Shown: positions 60,001 through 64,000 of the stretch, in pieces | How the letters are laid out: every line of letters begins with the position of its first letter | How positions within the stretch are numbered: the stretch's first letter is position 1 | NCBI GenBank assembly: GCA_964187785.1 | Contig: OZ076412.1 | Coordinates: forward strand, 42,656,001-42,720,000 | Source: Amphiscolops sp. MND2022 | Taxonomy: Eukaryota | Reading direction: 5' to 3' | Length of the DNA: 64,000 bases | The notes under the pieces: generated by a model | The model's input: only the letters and a program-made list of their open reading frames with translations | The model's database searches: none | What the model was told of the DNA's origin: nothing | Translations under genes and position numbers: made by a program

Positions 60001-60954
60001 CATTGCGCTCCTCAGACTTAAAAGCAAACTCTAAGTTTATCTGAATTTTCATGTAATTTCTTATGGAAAAAAACTCGAGTACTGAAGAAAACAGACCAAA
60101 AATTTTCACAGCCTTCAAAAATTAGAATGAAACAATGCCTTCGACCAATATTTGTTTTCGAAGATATGATGACCATGAGTGGTAGTCGTCGGATATAAAC
60201 CATGCTAAACGTCCAAGGGTTTCACGGTCTCCAGTTTGTTTAGTGATGCAAAACTTTTCGTTCTCTACTTGGCGAAATCATTTCGGAGGTACGGACAAGC
60301 ATTGTTTTTAGCTTTATACCTAATCCCTACCAGATAAGTTTTTCTCCCTTTTCCGCCATTCTTTTTTCGTTTTTCATTAATCCGATAGTGTTTCCACCAA
60401 CTAAAGGTTTTTGTCGCAAGAACAGGGCGAAAATTAAGTACAAGCGAACATACTCGAAAACTTTGGCCAAAAAGTTCAGAGCTCTTGCGACGATTGCAAC
60501 GGAGCTTTTAAACTTTCCAGACGAAATGAAATTTTTGACTGGTATTCAAAAACTAAAAAGTTCAATCAAAGATTTGAAAAGTTACAATCTTGCTTTGACC
60601 GTGAATCAACTTCAACTTGGAAAAAAAGAAAAATTGCTCATCAATTTAAAAATAGTACCGCGTTGGATTAAACCACAAATCATTGCACAATTCATTTTGA
60701 AAAATAGGTCTTTAGGTTCGTACCATATGGTTTATTGAACGAAATTGTCCTGGTATGCGTATGCCTGCTCAAAATTAGGTACTAACTGTCTTCGTTTTCT
60801 TTGGCTTTGGCCACTGCCTCCTCCAGCTTGGCGAAATCATCCGACTTCTCCACGTCTGTCACCTGCCCAATGGGAGGCAGTACTGGATAGGCCGGAAACG
60901 CCTGGCTTACAGAACTGGCCCCACTGGATACTCTGGACTTTTCATCCACGCTCT
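2973..60954 (-). CDS. Large multi-exon gene: charged helical N-terminal region plus ~29 DPxTG beta-hairpin repeats (uncharacterised; both ends unresolved)
   Basis: At least 24 exons with canonical AG/GT sites. The repeat exons splice in frame without stops. Linking the upstream exons (41-61 kb) to the repeat exons is inferred from strand, phase and order. Confidence 0.75.
3252..3332 (-). CDS. DPxTG-repeat exon (81 nt): (E)LDEDMEVTIDPVTGKMFIRTKSGTLK
   Basis: accag acceptor, G/gtcagt donor, phase 1-1. Confidence 0.85.
3675..3755 (-). CDS. DPxTG-repeat exon (81 nt): (E)MGDDVTMFTDPRTGKTYVKTISGRFI
   Basis: aatttag acceptor, G/gttagg donor, phase 1-1. Confidence 0.85.
4635..6420 (+). mobile_element. 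Decayed BEL/Pao LTR-retrotransposon gag-protease fragment
   Basis: LAEKLDSDTRRQWE gag motif; frameshifted Cys/His knuckles (CFNCLRTGH...C, CRLC..QHNTLLH); AILLPTAVVRV...RALLDTGSQVT protease typical of Pao. Possible PBS TGGCGACG at 4638. No RT or IN seen. Confidence 0.8.
7673..7863 (-). repeat. Gypsy-1 3' LTR
   Basis: TG...CA ends; preceded on the minus strand by the PPT AGTGAAGGGGGAA (7864-7876). Confidence 0.95.
7859..8850 (-). CDS. Gypsy-1 post-integrase C-terminal tail, split by two 1-nt homopolymer indels (ORFs 8157-8774 and 7859-8212)
   Basis: Adding one A at 8851-8857 gives PKKNDKGVSNYPFLFLEKKHQKSKFESAYMDKP. Removing one A at 8189-8197 gives EEKKVRRSKRLPKTNP. Homologous to the tail of Gypsy-2 (AVSGT.HTVTT). 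Confidence 0.75.
8813..13468 (-). CDS. gag-pol: Gypsy-1 Gag-Pol polyprotein, 1551 aa (ends early at an A7 homopolymer frameshift)
   Basis: Two CCHC knuckles (CNRC...HEC, CAKC..GHFAKC), protease IIDSGS, RT FDLDYAYGQ and WLDDII, RNase H TDAS...ELELLA...TDH, integrase HKGH...CDSC and QLDF...TDK...VER. Confidence 0.95.
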   Translation of the reverse strand: MDENTEENPRDGNNTLSSSGTRQNNQTLPNDTMNRTADRTCTQKLTIPTLEKYDHTSANLWWRKFVQYIKMTKEIDLSTMTNNKEILTQYRDQLETEIKDIFIWAIGQNAITEMTKTIREREPSSLPLYKLYTLFRLHFTPERNVQHSRADFFDLKREDGESAADVWKRILEIEKNCEFETITAAELLASKFLSVIGKSTGDYDLKKKIRKSDMSVEAITDAILEYTYDKLNDSPETEEEKKIRYLNKRKIKPTKEPEKPTKFKKVDCNRCGAPNWSRQHECPARGKKCAKCGKIGHFAKCCRTNKRVNHILEEETSSANEDDWTPNTIHSVKQKIHSTRSINSNGPDFFTITALVNNRPIKFIIDSGSPVTIIPKSLFNNITKLHPLKTEYRDVNNNRIQFEGKTIAKVEIDGKQKELEILVTTKRTNPLLGLDWMKKLGITLETDKTVPQIQQIKEDPDITSLKTKFKKLFTENHTVNGLEVKIKLKEDAKLIQQKGRPIPIHLQQSVGKEIEKLIKQGHIEKANNIDENCFVSPAVITVKKDKSIKIALDSRKLNEITVKRKAQMPNMEELISRISRKIADGPADEIWISKFDLDYAYGQLLLSREARNLCIFAVTGGNFTGYYRFLKGFYGLADIPTVFQEKIDQTLDNKHPAWLDDIIVVTKGSKEEHKKELIDVLTRLEKAGYRLSENKSEFFKKEIEWIGHKIDQAGIRPLQDKLLAIKELKQPKNEKELKSFLGAIQYLSKYIDNLSAQTNSMRQLLKKKNEWIWTEEHTQAFENLKQKITEIPCLGHYNSDYPNVITTDASTKGLGATLWQEQPDGKLKPIGFASRFLSDTEKKYAINELELLAVVWGLEHFRLYIYGKPIKLLTDHQALEPLIKRNRSNKTYSARLTRWLDRLAHFNINVHHIAGKHLALTDYLSRNPILPPQTDDAYDEEYVINNILPHYNFISKYGCLSNQTDQSENRTEKSERKANNKPRTSDTHRRTAIDCLNTDTLTRFKQKHCQSIKLTKDANTINEIEAANPTAETIELTKRWREIVKPGIYRLTGGKWKRYHEPKFLRNERKVIEERLQQIMKNHGTADLRQRISPKQTGGFVPPTRHSEKWTVDPYWDLDRPTPVQHDRPGPSQQTYIQTTPMEEGEIETDTDQDPSILEVPAINWAQYVGVKSVQYVKMGHAPKITAEEQNNWDLEQAVRETEKKFSTDLQLLMTETTNDASLLKTLVCLERQQHELIPEEYLPVKKKLSSRFGLVFMEDKIVVPKNLRTTVISLLHKGHPAINKMTLAARHFWWPRITEAIQKKCDSCIPCKMSGKSIKPNIPYTEKNNLPPVSNPNEEIQLDFIGPITENNRRFYILLSIDRFSKWPAASFCKNTDGETAVKFIEQYIQLNGIPKTIRTDKATAFTGSLFRDFCKKHYIKLIYGTPYIHTPTGLVERGVRTLKENLLTNLKAGERFGKALDIALERMRKTPHTRLKKSAFELHYGRSPNTEVSNLLNLDSLKKLTENSISAKPDTLQVYSFSGAGGVSDQLPMKPKKTIKELVTTHSFS
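13532..13722 (-). repeat. Gypsy-1 5' LTR
   Basis: 190/191 identical to the 3' LTR; followed on the minus strand by PBS TGGCGCAGTCA (13521-13531), the tRNA-Ser type used by Drosophila 17.6/297. Confidence 0.95.
14701..15159. mobile_element. hAT-type MITE (459 bp)
   Basis: TIRs CAGGGGTGTTCAATA / TATTGAACACTCCTG (14/15); 8-bp TSD ACTAAAGA / ACTGAAGA (7/8); AT-rich non-coding interior. Confidence 0.8.
15683..15763 (-). CDS. DPxTG-repeat exon (81 nt): (E)LSDDCEIFVDPETGKLFMRTKSGNIL
   Basis: tttcag acceptor, G/gtgagt donor, phase 1-1. Confidence 0.9.
15913..16074 (-). CDS. DPxTG-repeat exon (162 nt, 2 repeats: DPATG, DPTTG)
   Basis: gttcag acceptor, G/gtacgt donor, phase 1-1. Confidence 0.9.
16437..16583 (-). 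CDS. DPxTG-repeat exon (147 nt, 2 repeats: DPLTG, DPKTG)
   Basis: tttcag acceptor, weaker G/gtctgt donor, phase 1-1. Confidence 0.8.
16912..17076 (-). CDS. DPxTG-repeat exon (165 nt, 2 repeats: DPNTG, DPVTG)
   Basis: tcacag acceptor, G/gtagtt donor, phase 1-1. Confidence 0.9.
17227..17373 (-). CDS. DPxTG-repeat exon (147 nt, 2 repeats: DPNTG, DPKTG)
   Basis: ttttcag acceptor, G/gtgaga donor, phase 1-1. Confidence 0.9.
17965..18692 (+). repeat. Diverged tandem duplication (~350-400 bp x2) just upstream of the tetraspanin
   Basis: Both copies carry tttgcgtcttcaaaat..tttatttgtaaacaaga ... ttgttgacaaatatttgaa ... ttttggttcac.tagtatg. A related stretch lies at ~35570-35830. Confidence 0.6.
18720..18981 (+). 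CDS. Tetraspanin coding exon 1 (TM1, small loop, TM2)
   Basis: MQNSECLGLPQVRKFLLVINLFTVIL...IILAGSSLITMMTGLIGEFAIWK; G/gtgaga donor. Confidence 0.85.
19298..19560 (+). CDS. Tetraspanin exon 2 (TM3, LEL with CCG); 3' boundary uncertain (19558 GT or 19562 GC donor)
   Basis: aaacag acceptor; HWDHLQSNLQCCGHEGPRTW is the canonical tetraspanin W..lQ..l.CCG..G..W motif. Confidence 0.88.
19861..20333 (+). mobile_element. Helentron-like non-autonomous element (HINE family A), in tetraspanin intron 2
   Basis: 5' TTATTTTCCGCCC; 3' subTIR GGGCGGAAAATA, hairpin CCCGCT-cctc-AGCGGG, then GTCTTGTT; near-identical to 40424-40899. Confidence 0.75.
20674..20975 (+). CDS. Tetraspanin exon 3 (variable LEL); start either 20674 or 20748
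   Basis: Open frame with VPKSC motif, ending HIHSK G/gtaaca, which joins GC in exon 4. Confidence 0.75.
21604..21758 (+). CDS. Tetraspanin exon 4 (GC motif, TM4, stop)
   Basis: ttgacag acceptor; GCVEAVSEYLIDHVTIIAYAGIAFIAAQMLAIFLA...TGA. Confidence 0.9.
22384..25289 (-). mobile_element. HINE family A, expanded 2.9-kb copy
   Basis: 3' terminus (aacaagacgcccgctgagcagcgggatattttccgccc) at 22384 and 5' terminus (gggcggaaaataa) at 25289, both on the minus strand; contains a tandem array. Confidence 0.6.
24030..25050. repeat. Tandem array, ~186-bp unit, ~5-6 diverged copies
   Basis: ttgttgaccc anchor recurs at ~24041, 24226, 24413 and 24601, with degenerate copies at ~24786 and ~24960. Confidence 0.8.
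25800..25960 (-). mobile_element. HINE family B 3' fragment
   Basis: aacaagacgggaacgtctaaagtcggcgctatatcttagg is the reverse complement of the family B 3' end. Confidence 0.65.
26099..26637 (+). mobile_element. HINE family B copy
   Basis: 5' TTAGTCGGCGCT; 3' GGCGCCGACT subTIR plus terminal hairpin remnant. Confidence 0.65.
26997..32950 (+). mobile_element. Full-length Ty3/Gypsy LTR retrotransposon (Gypsy-2)
   Basis: 239-bp LTRs 26997-27235 and 32712-32950 with 3 mismatches; TSD GTCAT (26992-26996, 32951-32955); PBS TGGCGCAGTAGC at 27236; PPT AGAGGGGGGAA 32701-32711. Confidence 0.97.
27295..32781 (+). pseudogene. gag-pol: Gypsy-2 gag-pol broken by four 1-nt indels (ORFs 27295-28128, 28088-30670, 30754-31632, 31674-31946, 31888-32781)
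   Basis: Knuckles CGFC...HKC and CNNC..GHFARVC, protease TIDTGS, RT VDLDYAYGQ and WLDDII, RNase H TDAC, integrase HFGH...CSAC, QIDF, SDK, VER. Indels at ~27995 (+1), ~30660 (-1), ~31625 (-1), ~31915 (+1); net zero. Confidence 0.9.
32984..33115 (-). CDS. DPxTG-repeat exon (132 nt, 2 repeats: DPITG, DPETG)
   Basis: tttcag acceptor, G/gttagt donor, phase 1-1. Confidence 0.9.
33340..34950 (-). mobile_element. Heavily decayed non-LTR (LINE) remnant
   Basis: Stop-ridden fragments resembling RT (KFLTD...IVVFN, GSFL...VYMN...GVYI) and APE endonuclease (VCILRKFND, like the GDFN motif); composition differs from flanks. Confidence 0.35.
35833..36315 (+). mobile_element. HINE family B copy
   Basis: 5' TTAGTCGGCGCTTTTCTTAAGAAAAGAGCCCGACTA stem-loop; 3' AGCGCCGACT subTIR plus GACGTTCCCGTCTTGTT. 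Confidence 0.75.
36316..36819 (+). mobile_element. HINE family B copy fused head-to-tail to the previous copy
   Basis: Junction ...CCCGTCTTGTT/TAGTCGTTGC...; 3' end AGCGCCGACTTGGGCCGTTCCCGGGTTGTT. Confidence 0.65.
36458..36533 (+). pseudogene. tRNA-Gly(GCC)-like sequence inside a HINE-B copy
   Basis: CTGCCAAGC anticodon-arm-like, GGGTTCGAGTC B-box, ends TGACCA; cloverleaf stems poorly paired. Confidence 0.3.
36949..37083 (-). CDS. Repeat exon (135 nt): DPGLQIFTDPLTGKMYVKTKDGEIMEVVIGEDGKTYLRTKSGTLK
   Basis: tttcag acceptor, G/gtaaca donor, phase 1-1. Confidence 0.9.
37190..37258 (-). CDS. Repeat exon (69 nt): (E)LPADMELVTDPVTGKVFLKQNK
   Basis: ttttcag acceptor, G/gttagt donor, phase 1-1 (not in the ORF track). 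Confidence 0.85.
37342..37416 (-). CDS. Repeat exon (75 nt): (G)EILEIYTDPVTGKVFLKTKSGKLR
   Basis: ttttcag acceptor, G/gtaaat donor, phase 1-1 (not in the ORF track). Confidence 0.88.
37807..37959 (-). CDS. Repeat exon (153 nt, 2 repeats with a Gly-rich linker GAAGTGGGGES)
   Basis: gtgcag acceptor, G/gtaact donor, phase 1-1. Confidence 0.9.
38269..38406 (-). CDS. Repeat exon (138 nt): DEAQYEIFTDPITGKQYIRTEDGELLEIVVGEDGKTYLKTKSGKLR
   Basis: ttccag acceptor, G/gtattt donor, phase 1-1. Confidence 0.9.
38937..39146 (-). CDS. Repeat exon (210 nt, 3 repeats)
   Basis: ttgcag acceptor, G/gtcagt donor, phase 1-1. Confidence 0.9.
39502..39774 (-). CDS. First repeat exon (273 nt, 3 DPxTG plus 1 DKDG variant; basic QRRKRKE stretch)
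   Basis: ttttag acceptor, G/gtgagc donor, phase 1-1. Confidence 0.88.
40424..40899 (+). mobile_element. HINE family A, near-identical twin of 19861-20333
   Basis: The only differences I could see are poly-T length and one base near the 3' end; it yields the same spurious 62-aa ORF. Confidence 0.8.
41456..41596 (-). CDS. Probable exon (141 nt): (G)KKGLYRRATLVAAAVLSQLFGGADLGMDAKVAARLWGTKLADLMGD
   Basis: gtttag acceptor, G/gtagga donor, phase 1-1, GC-rich relative to flanks. Confidence 0.7.
42187..42837 (-). CDS. Probable large exon (651 nt): helical segment followed by an acidic/basic disordered linker
   Basis: Lies within ORF 42128-42847; taccag acceptor, G/gtagga donor, phase 1-1. Confidence 0.7.
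42930..44142 (-). CDS. Cluster of small candidate exons (43179-43226, 43912-43977, 44023-44142; others near 42930-43126 and 43340-43480 unresolved)
   Basis: SEKVFNWEDTKVLSR, IENMKNLFSSLLAQNLLKKLR and NGCQYCCNDALAK... are each bounded by AG/GT in phase 1-1; intervening pieces could not be phased. Confidence 0.45.
45688..46254 (-). mobile_element. Decayed ORF (MPSTRSQKAKARKSREMDMMSDF...) ending at a TTACA terminus; probable LTR-element fragment
   Basis: Frameshifted ORFs 45931-46254 and 45785-45988; reading past one TAA continues to GLRTKITKKDSRSTGDLRHTEDLGPY-CA; no TSD found. Confidence 0.35.
47143..47268 (-). CDS. Candidate exon (126 nt): KLLFHQLRPSPISPWYSPLELKESHRGLLATNYKLLLYFYT
   Basis: taccag acceptor, T/gttagt donor, phase 1-1. 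Confidence 0.5.
47822..47905 (-). CDS. Exon (84 nt): (D)AAGEKGAFVKFKDELLNVGHELEMKER
   Basis: ttccag acceptor, T/gtaagt donor, phase 1-1. Confidence 0.7.
48182..48304 (-). CDS. Exon (123 nt): GMPQTTTEAAAAVHSGLKATKKVKQRPKVQMVAKNKSVFQ
   Basis: tttcag acceptor, G/gtaaaa donor, phase 1-1. Confidence 0.75.
48566..48795 (-). CDS. Exon (230 nt): E/K/A/R-rich charged helix
   Basis: LAKEAKKAEEKRLAEEAEEKAEAERKAKEEAAKE; phase 2 start matches the phase 2 end of exon 51086-51218; C/gttagt donor. Confidence 0.8.
48838..50008 (+). mobile_element. HINE family A, older diverged 1.2-kb copy
   Basis: 5' TTATTTTCCGCCC; 3' GGACGGAAATGA, hairpin CCGCTG-gt-CAGCGG, then GTCTTGTT. Confidence 0.6.
50033..50455 (+). 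mobile_element. HINE family B copy
   Basis: 5' TTAGTCTGCGCCTTTTCC..GGAAAAAAGCCCGACTA; 3' AGCGCCGACTTTAGGCGTTCCCGTCTTGTT. Confidence 0.7.
51086..51218 (-). CDS. Exon (133 nt): EDWGGATVDETKVLKTLVAEEKKKEEALKLEKERLEKERKAEE
   Basis: ttgcag acceptor, AA/gtgagc donor, phase 1-2. Confidence 0.8.
51698..51752. repeat. Minisatellite, ~11-bp TGCAACATG(C/T)A unit
   Basis: atgcaacatgt atgcaacatgc atgcaacatgt ttgcaacatgt. Confidence 0.8.
52148..52453 (-). CDS. Exon (306 nt): K/E/S-rich low-complexity region
   Basis: ctttag acceptor, G/gtttga donor, open frame KPGEVPEEPKEVK...SSVQSE, phase 1-1. Confidence 0.75.
53111..53290. repeat. Self-complementary satellite built from ATGGAATC / GATTCCAT 10-bp units
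   Basis: Units alternate in orientation (ttccatgcatggaa palindromes recur). Confidence 0.85.
54192..59600 (+). mobile_element. Old, heavily mutated Ty3/Gypsy element (Gypsy-3); no 3' LTR found
   Basis: LTR end TACAACA at 54756 plus PBS variant TGGCACAGTC; gag from 54815; VIDTGSPLT protease (~55840); IDLDNAYGQ / WLDDII RT (56477-56845); WQIDFTG integrase (~58450). LTR start at 54192 is a guess. Confidence 0.8.
60787..60954 (-). CDS. Most upstream coding exon found (168 nt): (E)SVDEKSRVSSGASSVSQAFPAYPVLPPIGQVTDVEKSDDFAKLEEAVAKAKENED
   Basis: attcag acceptor, A/gttagt donor, phase 1-1, compatible with exon 52148-52453. Confidence 0.65.
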
Positions 60955-61177
60955 CTGAATGCAGAAGACCACAATCAGCACACATTGATATCAGTTTCAA
61001 AATAATGTTTTCTATCGCACTGCCAAGTTTGCGCGTAGTTGATTAAAAAGTGGAACTTCATGGCACAAGGCTCAGGTGAAGATGATTTCGTTAGTCGAGA
61101 TCAAATGACAAACTCTGAAAAAAATTGTTGAAAAATTCGAGAACACACAGTATTTTAATTTCGTCAATTTTAGACCT

Positions 61178-61548
61178 AACAAGACGAAAACCTCTAAACC
61201 CCGCCTGATGCTAGAAACGCAAAGTCAATCAAGTATGTCAAAATTCTGTTGTAACTGTTTGAAAAATAAATCAGTTCCCGAAAAAAGGGATATTTCAAAA
61301 AAAAGTGACACAGAGCCAAAACTCCCGATGGGGAACCGTTTGACGTGTCAAGGTTTGCAAACAAAGATATTCAGTCCTCGGCAGGCATCGAACAGACGGC
61401 TGGCTGTTGGGGACGCGCCTATCCTAACTACTGGCGGTGTGAACTAAATATCGTGAAAAATGGACCATTGGTATACATCCTGTGGTCTTACGAAAAAACT
61501 AGTCTTGGTAATAGTCGGGCATATAATTGATAATATTCGCCGACTAAA
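61178..61548 (-). mobile_element. Diverged HINE family B copy
   Basis: 5' TTAGTCGGCGAAT...GCCCGACTA stem-loop at 61548; 3' ...CGTCTTGTT at 61178. Confidence 0.55.
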
Positions 61549-62160
61549 AAAATGTAAACTTGATAAAAAACAGTTAAGGCGCTTTTGTTTTGAGTATTAC
61601 ATTTTGCTGATTGAATTTCATGTTGGGTTTGTTGATACAACTTGTTGAGTTTTGATAATTTTCGCTAACGGATTCAAGTGATTTTAGCTCTCTGGTACCC
61701 TAGATGAAGTCGACCAACAAAATTAGTGGGTTCATTCTGAAATGTGTCCTCATTTAATTAAACTTAAAGATGTTGATGAAGTGAACGTAGGAAGCAATCA
61801 GGGAGCAGTTGATCTTAAAATTAGCAGAAATCACACTTTTAAATATAAACTTTGGTGGGGACGGTAAATGAAGTCTCAAAAATTGTTTTATACAACGGTC
61901 ACAAACTTCTAGTGCCAGAAATGCAGGAGCGAAGCGATGTGCCGTTACCTGTGTCGTGTGCGACTTATGGCAAAGGAAAAGAAAGAAACTTACCGTGAAA
62001 ATCCGAAAAAGAAATAAACTCAAAACTTGTAATATGTAATTTTATCTTTTGTAATTTGCGCAGTTTTATCTTTATTATTTTCTCGCTCAGCTCTGAATTC
62101 TGAACACGCTCGAACGTGTTCATTCGTTTGCTCTGCAATGCTATATTCCTTATTTAGTCA

Positions 62161-62334
62161 TGACGTCAAATGACATCATTTTGTCGTGGACGCTACGCCT
62201 GCGAATAACACATACAAAACACTTTCGTTTGTATGGTCATATGACTTAATGTCATATTACGTCATGCTCGTCAGCCAATCACGATAGTGACTTGATTTTA
62301 TTGGCTGACGAAGCGGTCAAATTTAGTATAAAAG
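62161..62334. promoter_or_regulatory. Putative (bidirectional) Pol II promoter
   Basis: CRE TGACGTCA 62161-62168; inverted CCAAT boxes CGTCAGCCAAT (62269) / ATTGGCTGACG (62300); TATAAAAG 62327; outward-facing splice donors at ~61993 (minus) and ~62466 (plus). Confidence 0.45.
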
Positions 62335-62589
62335 CAGACCAAATTTTCAACTCTCAGAGCTCTTCTTTTAGATTAATACAAAATCAACAAATCCGGCCAC
62401 TCCAACGTTCCAATCTTCTTGCACGAGTTCAACTCCCATCATCAGCGCGGCGCAGTATTTGTTAGGTAAAATCTTTTCAATTTTCTTTTTCGGAGCTTTC
62501 ACTTTCACTTTCATTTTTTCTAAGTATTTTTCCTTAACTTAAATTCAAATCAGTAATTCTTAAAATTTTACAAGTCTTGGCGCAAGTAG

Positions 62590-62820
62590 ACGATTTTCAA
62601 CACTGCTTCAAGTAAAACAATTCTGTTTTTGACTTTTGTCAAGCTTGCTTCCTAGCTGAAGCAATTTTATCCTAGACAATTTTCAACACTGCTTCAAATA
62701 AAGCAATCCTATCTTAGACTTTTGTCAAGCCTGCTTTCTGGTCAAAGCAATTTTGTCTAATCAATTTTCATCACTGCTTTCAAGTTAGAGCAATTCTATC
62801 TTAGATTATTTTCAACCACT
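62590..62820 (+). repeat. Tandem repeat, ~85-bp unit, ~2.7 copies
   Basis: attttcaacactgcttcaa...gacttttgtcaagc.tgctt recurs. Confidence 0.7.
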
Positions 62821-64000
62821 ATTCTCGAGCCAAAACGAATTCAAGTCTGCTCTGAAGCTAGAGCAATCCTTCTCGTACTTTGGAGTTTCAGTTGACTTTT
62901 GACTTCGAACAGAAGCTAATATACCGTCTTTGTTTAACAAAGATTGAATAGTCCCTGCTTTATAGTGGACTCTAAACCAAAGTCTGGTGATATTCATTGA
63001 CTCTAAACTAAAAACCACAACCTCAGCTGGGTTATAAGAAACCTAAATAACTTAGCTTTTGTTTGACTCTTCAAGTCGGACAGCTCTCAACTTGAGACAA
63101 CGAGTAGCCGCATAGCGCTCTATAAAAATAGTACAACGAACTGTTGTTCTAAAACCAAAGAGTAGCAATTCGCTATCTTTCCCAGTCCGTGACAATCGGT
63201 GGACTATAAACACCGTGCAAGCTATTAGCTGCACTTTAGAAAAGAGGCCTAACCTCTAACTTGATAAAACATAATAAAATAAAAAACCTTATAACCTATT
63301 TCCTTGTAACTTAATTTAATAACTCATTTCATAGTAACTTAACTTATATTATTCAAAGATTGATATTTAACCAGATTTAGTTGTATTTTGTCCATTTAGC
63401 TTAATTTTTGCGTTTTGCTTTTGTATAACTGATGTCTATTACAATTTCAGTATAAATGGAGAAATGTTCAATTCCCGGGTCATAGAAATAAAGTCCTTCC
63501 ATTCGAACTCAAACCTGAAATTATTTTTGTGTAAGTGCCGGAAGGCATTATAACGAAAATTTTTAGTACAAGATTGCTTTTAGATTTTAACCAAGAAATT
63601 AGAAGAGAAGGAAGTGAACTGAGAGTTCACAAATTAGACTATAATTGAGACTTATAATTACCGGTGTTCAAGAAGTCAAAAAGAAAAGCTGGAGGAAGAA
63701 ATCACTAATTTTGAATACTCTTAATTAGAAAACTTGCAAATTGGAAGAAAGATATAGATTCATCAATTTTCTCACCAACTTAATTAGCACTTCACACCTG
63801 TCTAGCGGCTGGTTTTGAGAAGTCATACAACAATCTTTTTCCAACGACTTTTATGTTTCAGTTTAATTCTTCATAAGACTAAAAAATAGTCTAGTATTTT
63901 ATTTCCAACTCGCCTTTGACATTATTTTCACGTTGTTTCCTTCAACAACTTCAGTTAACGTCCCGTTTGAAGGCAACTAACGCAAGAAGGTAAAATGAAT

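Noticed and set aside
62880-63260. Plus-strand frame with many TAA/TAG codons suggesting a pseudogene
   Set aside because: No identifiable family motif; cannot be supported without a database search.

Overview
AT-rich animal genomic DNA with spliceosomal GT-AG introns and dense transposons. The repeat landscape is reminiscent of acoel flatworm genomes, but that is an impression only. The backbone is one very large minus-strand, multi-exon gene, traceable from at least 60954 down to 2973. It encodes an N-terminal Lys/Glu/Ala-rich charged helical region, a poorly resolved middle region, and about 700 aa of tandem DPxTGK-(Y/F)-x-(R/K)TKSG hairpin repeats (26 DPxTG copies plus 3 variants). The repeats are carried on 16 exons that are all phase 1-1 symmetric. 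Its introns contain a complete plus-strand 4-exon tetraspanin with an unusually long extracellular loop, two young full-length Ty3/Gypsy elements (LTRs, 5-bp TSDs, PBS, PPT), a decayed third Gypsy, a BEL/Pao remnant, a hAT MITE, a LINE remnant, and two families of Helentron-like (HINE/DINE-1 type) non-autonomous elements. The Gypsy polyproteins share an extra ~250-aa segment with a conserved core between RNase H and integrase. All exon calls were made by hand from splice signals and reading frame; no expression or database evidence was available.
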